Shown: positions 51,800 to 60,980 of the stretch, piece by piece | Layout: every line of letters begins with the position of its first letter | How positions within the stretch are numbered: the first letter of the stretch is position 1 | Assembly (NCBI RefSeq): GCF_008831285.2 | Contig: NC_045138.2 | Coordinates: 5,642,001 to 5,706,000 of the forward strand | Source of the DNA: Nymphaea colorata | Lineage: Eukaryota | DNA length: 64,000 nt | Direction of reading: 5' to 3' | Position numbers and translations under genes: made by a program | Notes under the pieces: model-generated | What the model saw: the letters and a program-made list of their open reading frames with translations, nothing else | Database searches by the model: none | Told to the model about the DNA's origin: nothing

Positions 51800-53550
51800 A
51801 TGGATTCCGTCAGGCTGGTAGCAGAGGGTTTAGCAGCTCTGCTCGCTCTTTTCTTCATCTGCAATATTTGGCAAAAGAAGAAAAGAGAAGCAAGAGGCCG
51901 ACTACCAGAACCGGACGGTCGTTGGCCAATAGTCGGACACCTTGGCCTGCTGACGGGAACCACACCTCTCTATAAAACTCTCGCTGCTCTTTCAGAGAAG
52001 CTGGGGCCTCTCTTCAGTCTCCAATTGGGACAAAGGCGTGCCATTGTGGTGAGCAGCATGGACTTCGCCAAGGAGTGCTTCACTGTCAATGACCGAGCCT
52101 TTGCCGGTCGGCCTCAGCTAGAAGGTTGGAAACGCCTTGGCTACAATCGTGCCATGTTCGTATTCAGCCCATATGGACCTTACTTTCTTGAACTCCGCAA
52201 GATCGTCGCCAACAAGCTGCTCTCAAGCCAGCAACTCCGACTGGTCAAACACATCCAACCTAGAAGAGTTTTTAGGTTGTGCTTGATTCCACATGGATCT
52301 TAGATCTAAGGAATCACAAATCCATGATAGATAAAATCCACATTTCAATCAAATTGTGAGCTTCCCATGATAGATAAAATCATGGCCCCTGATTTTAAAT
52401 CTTCAAGATTGGAGATCCATATATTTAAGAGAGCTTCCCCACAATCTTAAATCAGGCATGTTTTTATAGTTTATATCCGAGGGGTGTTTGATAGCCTCAG
52501 ATTTGAAATTTAAGGTGATTTGGGTTCATTGGGAATCTCAAATCTACATGCTTTAGGTCAGATCCGACATCAATTGTAAGGTTTTATTTATAAACTAAGG
52601 ATCTCAGTTCTTCTTTTTCACATAATGGCAAAATCTAGGGTTTGTTTATGTTGTAGTTCTACATAAAAGGGATATTAGATCAGCCTCTGAACTGGGATCT
52701 CATGCTACCAGCCACACATTTAGTAGTTTCCGTAAAGTTCAAATGGCTTTTCACTGAATGTTCTTTGCTCTATATACATTTAAATCATTCCTCTGATAAC
52801 AAATAAAAGAAATTGCTCCATACCTACTTTTTATTCATGTTTGCTTGTAGCACTTTCAATTCTCTAGCATCAGTAAAGGGCATAGATCTGTTTACTACCA
52901 ATCTCCATTGTAATGAATTATTCCAGGTTTTGGTAGTAGCCGGGACAGAGAGCATGGCAGTCACACTTGAGTGGGCTCTCTCTCTCTTGCTAAATAACCC
53001 ACATCTCTTAAAGAAAGCCCAAGATGAGTTAGACTGCCAGGTCGGCAAAGAGCGACAAGTGGATGAATCAGATCTCAGTAACTTGCCTTATTTGCAAGCT
53101 ATAGTCAAAGAGACAATGCGCCTACACCCAACCGGACCACTTTTGGACCCACACGAGTCAACGGAACCAGTTCAACTTGGTGGGTTCGAGGTGCCGGTTG
53201 GCTCAATCCTGTTTGTTAATGTGTGGAAGATTCATCACGACCCGACATTGTGGGCGGACCCAGAAGAATTCAAGCCAGAGAGGTTCTTGAGCAGCCGCAA
53301 CGAGATGACCGGCTTTGGTGGTCAGGACTTTGCGTTCTTGCCATTTGGATCGGGAAGGAGGATCTGTGTTGGCCGGTGGATGGCCATGCAAGTTCTTCAC
53401 CTAACTTTGGCATGCTTGCTGCAGAGCTTTGAATGGTCTACACCCATGAATGAGCCGGTTGACATGACCGTGGGACATGGCCTAACCCTGCCCAAAGCAA
53501 CTCAGCTTAGAGTGCTTTTGAGGCCCCGTCTCCCACCCCACCTCTATTAG
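51800..53550 (+). pseudogene. CYP82: CYP82-like paralog A, copy A5 (same ~1.09 kb deletion as A3; exon 2 52927-53550 intact)
   Basis: Exon 1 reads to LVKHIQ then enters intron sequence at ~52258; donor site lost. Confidence 0.92.
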
Positions 53551-55498
53551 TTACTTGTTTTTAGTGTATGCTATAACATTACCAATAATATGGCAGGTTC
53601 ATGGTTTCATTTTTGAGAATAAACTTTTCCAGTTGAATTCAAAATGAATAACGAGGTGATAAGAAATTGGAATGTTAGACAAAAGGAAGTTCTGGGTGTT
53701 GCATGTTAATTGATCATGTTGGGGTGTCTGAATAGGTAATGAGTTTCAAGGAGTATAGTGTAGCTGGTTGGATTAGTGGATCAGTCAAAACATAGTCATT
53801 TTCAAATTGAATTCTCTGAGTTGATGGAAGCAACCATAAGCTCATCTGGGTGAAGTTGAAGGTATTTCAACCTCTCACCTCCACGGTGGGTTCCCTCCTG
53901 CTCACCCAAACTGAATAAATAACGACAGAAGTGGGGTGAAACAGTTTGTGATGCATATTTTAATTTGAAATTGATGCATGGATTGGTGCGGTGCCACAAA
54001 TTAATCTATAGTCCTGCAGAATCAATTTCTTATGATGGGGTGACCTATGAAAATATAAATTGGAGGAAAAAAAGTATTATAAACATTCTGTCTGTCGTAT
54101 CCAAGCTAGCACACATCGTAAAAGTACTATGTCTCATGATTGTTGTTGCACATATGGTCGAATGAGGTATATTTGATGGATTTTTGTGATATTATCTCCG
54201 CCATGTTTGAGCGGAGATAATATCACAGTAACATTCTAGAAATCGTCAAATAAAATTGGCACATATTGGCCAGATTTTGAGCACTGATAGGTAAAATTAA
54301 AGCAGAGAACAACTCGTTTTTTAGTAATAATATAAAACAATTTTTAACATAACTGTTGGGTTAGATCACCTCATTGTGGAGGATCCTATCCAAACCCAGG
54401 TGGAAGGTGAAAAGGCTTTTTTTTTGCACTCGTACTTGAGTGGAAAGCATTGAAAAGATGCAAATAAGAAACAATTTTGTGGATTGAAATTACAAAAGTT
54501 TAAATAGAAGAGGGAAGAAAAGGGGGATTGGATGTTTTTATGTGATTCTTGGCTTGGGGTTTTCTTCTTCGTTGCTTGGGGTTTTTATGTTCTCTACTCA
54601 CTGGAAGCAACAAGTGGCATTAACATGTCTCGCAATGTTTACAATTGCCGTCAATTTAATAATTGTCGATCTATTCAGACCGACTTTGTCAGCCTTGATG
54701 CGAATAGTCAAGTAAGATGACCTGATAATGTAAAATTTTGAGGGGAAATTAGCTTGAGATTCAGTGACTATTGAAGGGCGAAAATATAAAAAAGCTTTAT
54801 TGACCTTTTCCTCATAATTAGATTTGACCTAGAATAGAAAAAGAAAAAAAATGTTTAAAATGAAAACTGATATTCTGTACAATTTTCTCATACTATATAT
54901 GTACAAAAATTTAATTTCGTATTTAAGATTGTGAGGGATCTTCAAGGGCTTATAAATGAGGTCATTACTAACTGGTTGTTCTGGTTCTTACCCATTTTCT
55001 GGAAAATCTCAAACTGCTATGGGGCGAGTTAGGATCCGTCGAACCAAAGGTCCCAAGCCCAACAGTGGGTCGAGTTGGTACAAAAGTCGCCATCATTGTC
55101 CTGCGGTAATCTCTTGTGGGGTCGCCAAGATCTTGAAGTCCAATTATCAAAGAACCCCATTTTAAGAAATTGGGGCACGTATTGACGTAAAATACTAGAA
55201 TAAACCGGTCATAGCATCTACGTTTGATAATAGAAAAAAATGAATGGCGGTCATAGCATCTACATTTGATAATAGAAAAATCAACATTACAACATTTTTC
55301 ACGTAAAAACAAGTTGATGCAAAGCATGTGTTATATCAAAGTATTTTTGACAAATATATTAGGATGGTTATTTTATATTTAAAACAACTTTTTAATGAAA
55401 AAATTGAAAGGTTTGTTTCTTTTTTGCTCTGTTTGGTGTTATATATATACAAACATAGCTACCGAGCACCAAGTCTGCAAAATACCATCATCACATCC

Positions 55499-55799
55499 AT
55501 GGATTCCATAGAGCTGGTAGCAGAGGGTATAGCAGCTCTTCTTGCCCTTTTCTTGATCTGCAATATTTGGCAAAAGAAAAAAAGAGAAGCAAGAGGCCGA
55601 CTACCGCAACAGAATGGTACTTGGCCAATAGTTGGACACCTTGGCCAGCTCACTGGAACTACACCTCTATAGAACTCTGGCTAGCGTTTCAGAGAAGCAC
55701 GGGCCTCTCTTCAGTCTCCAACTGGGACAAAGGCGTGTCATTGTGGTGAGCAGCATGGACCTCACCAAGGAGTGCTTCACTGTCAATGACTGAGCCTTT
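55499..55799 (+). pseudogene. CYP82: CYP82-like paralog B, copy B6: 5' exon 1 up to the copia insertion site
   Basis: MDSIELV...WPIVGHLGQLTGTTP, 2-bp frameshift, CGA>TGA at 55791, ends at CCTTT. Confidence 0.92.
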
Positions 55800-57007
55800 A
55801 GTTGGTGTATGGAACTTGATCCCTAATCCTTATGTTGTGAGGGTGGCCACAGTTTCTTCTTTGGTCTTATCTCTGAGAGTGTCTGTGTTTATCTGAGAGT
55901 GAATAGTGAAAGATCTTTGCGACGGTGGACGTATGAGATTATTGCTCTGAACCACGTAAATCTTTGTCTACTTTTTTGTTGCTTCTATCCTTTTCTTGAG
56001 AGTGCGAGAAAAGAGTTTTGTGTGTTGTTTCTAACAACTGGTATTAGAGCCAGGTTCGTTCGCGATAGAAACAATGGCGCTGGAAGAAAGAAAATTCAGA
56101 ATCGAGAAGTTCGACGGTAAAGATTTTGGATTCTGAAAGATGCAGATCGAGGACTACTTGTATCAGAAGAAACTGCATGAACCACTCATGAGAGCAAAGC
56201 CCACAACAATGGCTGACGCAGATTGGCAGTTGCTGGATAGACAAACCCTTGGAGTCATCCGGTTGACGCTGGCCAGAAACGTTGCCTTCAACATTGTTAA
56301 GGAGAAGACGACAGGAAGTCTGATGAAGACGCTAACAGATATATACGAAAAACCCTTTGTTTCGAATAAGGTATATCTGATGCATCGATTATTTAATTTG
56401 AAAATGGCTGAAGGTGCCTATGTTATGGATCACATAAATGAGTTCAATGTTATTACTTCTCAATTATGTTTTGTGGATATTAAATTTGATGATGAGGTTC
56501 AAACCCTAATTTTGCTGTCATCTCTACCGGAGAGTTGGAGTGCCACTGTGACCGCCGTGAGTAGTTCATTGGAGTCAAGTAAATTGAAGTTTAGTAGTGA
56601 TCGAGATTTAATACTTAGTGAGGACATTCGCAGAAGAGAGACAAGAGAACCTTTCGAAATGCCTTAAATGTTCAAAACAGGGGCAGAACTAGTCAACGCT
56701 ACCATGACCGTAGAAGGTCCAAATCTAAGAGAATGAGTCAATCCAAACCTTGAAGTGATGGCTGTTGGAACTGTGGTAAGCCAGGACACCAAAAAAGAGA
56801 CTGCAGGTTATTGAAAAAGAAAAACACAAATCGTGAAGATGATTCAGAAAAATGCAGCAACAAAAGATATAGCTGATGCACTTACTTTGAGTATACACAA
56901 CTCTATAGAGTCTTGGATTTTAGACCCTGGTGCATCTTTTTATTCAACATATTCTAATGAAAGTATACACAACTATGTTACAGGAAAATTTGGCAGAGTA
57001 TACCTTG
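55800..57007 (+). mobile_element. Ty1/copia copy C6: 5' LTR (55800-56036), PBS, gag and start of protease; interrupted by gypsy
   Basis: AGTTGGTGTATGGAACTTGATC...CTAACA is homologous to the 3' LTRs. Gag ORF 56140-56667. Protease motif WILDPGASF. Confidence 0.92.
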
Positions 57008-58690
57008 TGTTTGCATCCCAAAATTTTCATTGGTTTTGGAGTGTTCCAGAAAAATGAAGTTTTCATTTTGAAAGAGAAAAGAAATGGACTCGCCCGTCGA
57101 TACGATGATCGACCGTTCCCGGCGCCTTTACCGGGGGTAATCAACCCAAGGACTATGTTTATCATTGATGCATTTCGTTTTAACATAAACATCTTTTTGA
57201 TTTTATATGCGGTGTAGAAAGTATTGAAAGTTTGGAGTTTCAAACTTTTGAAAAGGTTTTCGAAGAGTTGCTTGAAAATGTGAAATGTTTTGAGGAAAAA
57301 GTGAAACTAGTAAATATCATTTGAAAAACTTGTGAAAACATTTTGAAATCACTTTAGTGTTCTCTTAAGACTTTAAGTAGGTTTGAGATTTTGCTCTAAT
57401 TCGGTTACCACCTAGCTAGAGCTCTATCCCTTCTTGCTTAAGTTCATTTAGAGAGGTGCTTGTGATCATAAGTGAAATAAAGTGGGTGAGAATGCATGAA
57501 TGCATTTACCCTATATGATTGAAAAAATGTAAAACATTCCTACCACAACATTCATCTAATGTCATTCCTACCACAACATACATCTAAGATTTCGTTGTTA
57601 TAATTATTGTATATAAGAAGGAAAAGTTTTTGAAAATGGATAGAGATTGTAGACCATCAAGCATGATTCCAATATTGGGTCATTACTTGGTTTGTGGTCT
57701 TATTGAAGTTGGTAAATAGAAAGTTCATGAGATGAGAATGTTAAAAAGAATACAAGAAATAAAACACTCTTATGAAAGGAAAGAGAGAGATATAGAGAAA
57801 GACATGCATACATGTGTACATACCATCACATATACACATATATGAAAGCTTAAGAGAAAAAGATGTATTGATTTGAAGAGAAAGAGAGATTTTAGAGGAA
57901 AAGAAAAAAATCATACGCATATATGGGTATGAGAAATGTTATAAGAGAAGATATTTGTCTTCAAAAGAGGAATAAATATTTGAAAGAGAGGAGTTGGAGC
58001 ACATGTACATACGTATTCATGCACATATGAAAATTTATAAAATAGGAAGTGAAAGCATAGAGAGAGAAAGATGGGGGTCATCATGTTGGCATAAAGATAT
58101 ATAACATGTATATACATCCATACCTTCACAAGATTAGAAAAATCAAGGAACAACTTAAAATTACCAACTTCAAATTTAATGTGGGCCGGAGGGGAGCTTG
58201 GACTCATGCAAGAGTCTAAGTTAAGTCTCTAAGGCCATGTTAGAAAGTTCTTTTTGAAAATGTTTTGAAAAATATGATTTATATAAGCATAGAATATTAT
58301 TATTTAGTTTGTTGTAAAGGATATATTTCTTCCACCATTGGGTATGAAAGAAAACAAGCAACATAACGAGGCACTCATTAGGGTTCCTAATGTGATGATT
58401 AAGAAGGAAACTAACGCAAAATGACATGAAAATGCATATTAACATGTACATTTTCGTGAAGGTTTATCCCGGGTTGGACAAGTCCCAACCTCAAAAATTA
58501 ATTTGAAAATAAAGAGTCCCCAAACACACTCTCATTCCCATCATACATTCACATGTAATAAAGAACCAAGCAACTATGCGTGCATAATTTATAGATAACA
58601 TTCAATGAATGAAAGAAATAAAGAAAATGATGGAAAAAGCAAAGTTCAATTAGGAGAGAAGACATGATGTAACTATGAATTGATATACCA

Positions 58691-59310
58691 CCTCATCTTC
58701 TCATGTTCTCGGTGCACTTGAGTATAGCCTCTTGTCTCTAAAAAGATATTGAGAGCTACCTTTTTTAGCCGTGGGGAGATGAAGATGAGGAGAAAATGTA
58801 GAAAGAAAAACAATGTTATATTTAATAAAAGAGAAAACATGATTCAATCATGAAATGAAAGATCCTCTCATCTTTTCACGCTCCCAATGCACTTGAGCAT
58901 AGCCTCTTGTCTCTAAAAAGAGATTGAGGGCTATCTCCTTTAGTCATGAGAAGAGGAAAAAGAGAAAAAAAGAAAATAACAAGGACAAGACTATATTGAA
59001 GAAATGAAATAAAAATAACAACAAAAATATATTCATTAAGGAAAAGAATAACAACAACAAGAATATATTGAAGATTCATTAAGAAAAAGAATAACAACAA
59101 CAAGAATATATTGAAGAGAAGAAAGAGCAAGAATATATTAATATAGAGAAAGAACAAGAACAACAAGAATACTTGAAAGAGTATGATTTAATCATAAAAT
59201 AAAATATGATCTCATCTTCTCATACTCCCGGTGCATTTGAGCATAGCCTTTTGTCTCTAAAAAGAGGTTGAGTGTTATCTCCTTTGGCCATGGAGAGATG
59301 AAAATGAGAA
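58691..59310 (-). repeat. Three dispersed ~100 bp hairpin-forming repeats in the LTR (~58691, ~58867, ~59210)
   Basis: Shared core GCA(C/T)TTGAG(T/C)ATAGCCT(C/T)TTGTCTCTAAAAAGA with self-complementary ends. Confidence 0.8.
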
Positions 59311-59626
59311 GAGAAAATGAAAACAACAACAAAACTATGTTTAAGAAAAAGAAATAACATAATAATAAGAACATTAATGAAAAGAAAGAAGAGAGAAATG
59401 AGAGGGATGAAGATTACATACCTCTAATGGGAAATGGCTTAAGGAAGATGAATACCTTCATTTGAAGATCCCCTTTTGAATGAAGCTCCAAAAGTGCTTG
59501 CTCTAAGTTGGAGAAGGAAATAGAAAGAGGAAGAGGGAGAAAGAGAGAGCTCAAGAGAAACTTTAAGTCTTCAAGTGACAATACACTACAGTTTCTCCCA
59601 AGAACCAATCTTGCCCAAGAGGGAGG

Positions 59627-59636
59627 ATATTTATAG
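59627..59636 (-). promoter_or_regulatory. Putative LTR TATA box
   Basis: CTATAAATAT on the minus strand, followed downstream by a CT-rich leader-like tract. Confidence 0.55.
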
Positions 59637-59683
59637 AGGATTTTGGAACCAAAACCCAAAATTTGAATTTTTTTTATTTAAAA

Positions 59684-60237
59684 AGACTAAAATCAACCTC
59701 TAAAAAGGAGATTTTTTTGGCAAAAGGAGGGGTAAATTGGTCTTGTTTACCCAAAAAAACTAAAATCACCCTTTAAAAGGAGGTTTTTTGGTCAAAATGA
59801 GGGGCAAATCGGTCTTGTTAAAAAAAGTCTAAAATTACCCTCTAAAATGAGGTTTTCTGGTCAAAAGGAGGAGCAAATTGGTCTTGTTTAAAAAAAGGAC
59901 TAAAATCACCCTCTAAAAAGAGGTTTTTTGGTCCAAAGGAGGGAAAAATCGGTCTTGTTTAAAAAAAACTAAAATCACCCTCTAAAAGGAGGTTTTTTGT
60001 CAAAAGGAGGGGCAAATTGGTCTTGTTTGCCCAAAAAGACTAAAATCGCCCTCTAAAAGGAGGTTTTTGGTCAAAAGGATGGACAAATCGGTCTTGTTTG
60101 CCCAAAAAGACTAAAATCACCCTCTAAAAAGAGGTTTTTTGTCAAAAGGATGGGCAAATCGGTCTTGTTTGCCCAAAAAGACTAAAATCACCCTTTAAAA
60201 GGATGTTTTTGGTCAAAAGGAAGGGCAAATTAGTCTT
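59684..60237. repeat. Tandem array, 8 x ~70 bp, in the LTR U3 region
   Basis: Unit approximately CTAAAATCACCCTCTAAAAGGAGGTTTTTGGTCAAAAGGAGGGGCAAATCGGTCTTGTTTGCCCAAAAAGA. Confidence 0.93.
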
Positions 60238-60247
60238 AAATGATTGA

Positions 60248-60385
60248 TTTGGATCTGAACTTGGGTTTTGGATCTAAAAGTAGTATTTTGGATTTAATTT
60301 GGATCTGAAAGCTCTATTTTGGATTTAATTTGGATCTGAGAGTAGTATTTTGGATTTAATTTGGATCTGAAAGTTGTATTTTGGA
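60248..60385. repeat. Tandem array, ~4 x 31 bp, in the LTR U3 region
   Basis: Unit approximately TTGGATCTGAAAGTAGTATTTTGGATTTAAT. Confidence 0.85.
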
Positions 60386-60461
60386 AATGTTGTGCTTAAA
60401 TTTGAATTTCGCACTTGAATAAAACATCATAGTCCTTTAGAAAAATTTTGGGGTGATTACA

Positions 60462-60477
60462 GATGCCCATCTTTTTT
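60462..60477 (-). promoter_or_regulatory. Polypurine tract of the gypsy element
   Basis: Minus strand reads AAAAAAGATGGGCATC immediately before the LTR start TGTAATC. Confidence 0.7.
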
Positions 60478-60556
60478 AATAAACTGGTGTTAGCCGTGCT
60501 TAGTGACAAAGATAAACGCCACAAATTTTTCAAACAAGACATTTTCATAGAGATGT

Positions 60557-60843
60557 TTGAGGCTTTACCCCTTACCTGAATGGGTTGTTTGAGCTTAAAT
60601 TGCAGGTTTAACCCCTTACCTGCATGGGTTTGCCGATTTCAAATTCAGGTTTAACCCCCCTGAATGGGTTGCCTTGACTTGCATCACAAGTTGAACCCTT
60701 TAACTGTGTGGGTTGCTTTGGCTTGTAGCACAAGTTTAACCCATTTGCCTGCATGGGTTGCTTTGGCTAGCATTACAGGTTTAACTCATTGCCTGCATGG
60801 GTTGCCCTCATATTGCAGGTTTAACCCTTTACCTGCACGGGTT
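60557..60843 (-). repeat. 3' UTR tandem array, 7 x 40-45 bp, with interleaved inverted repeats
   Basis: Plus-strand consensus TGCAGGT-TT-AACCC-N1-4-ACCTGCA-T-GGGTT. Confidence 0.88.
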
Positions 60844-60980
60844 GCTCTCAAGCCCTGAGCAATAAAAATAAAAATGTCCCAGTGTAATTGTCATGTTTTA
60901 CAACTGGGAAGAATCTAGATTGAATAGTCGATGTGGAAACACAAATGTTTGACATTGATTGGAAAATGAATACAAGAGAA

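Larger units (their letters stand above)
1..57007 (+). repeat. Tandem array of a ~14 kb cassette [CYP82-B pseudogene::copia + CYP82-A gene], at least 5 units
   Basis: Near-identical copia 3' LTRs start at 93, 10886, 25020, 33128 and 47449 (spacings 10.8, 14.1, 8.1 across the gap, and 14.3 kb). Flanks, introns and intergenic DNA repeat with them. Confidence 0.95.
57008..60461 (-). repeat. 3' LTR of the gypsy element (3454 bp)
   Basis: Ends are imperfect inverted repeats (TGTAATCACCCCAAAATTTT vs TGTTTGCATCCCAAAATTTT, 16/20). Copia homology stops exactly at 57007, and a PPT abuts 60461. The partner LTR is outside the window. Confidence 0.85.

Noticed and set aside
55795..57007. Both retroelement target sites begin with CCTT
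   Set aside because: Two events by unrelated integrases; chance is a sufficient explanation.
1..57007. Multi-enzyme biosynthetic gene cluster
   Set aside because: Only one enzyme family is present in the window.
58876..59374. Hydrophobic minus-strand ORFs suggesting membrane or env-like proteins
   Set aside because: Translation of low-complexity GAA/CAA tracts inside the LTR.
59684..60843. Regular repeats as a CRISPR-like array
   Set aside because: Eukaryotic retroelement context, units are contiguous diverged copies without unique spacers, and no cas genes.
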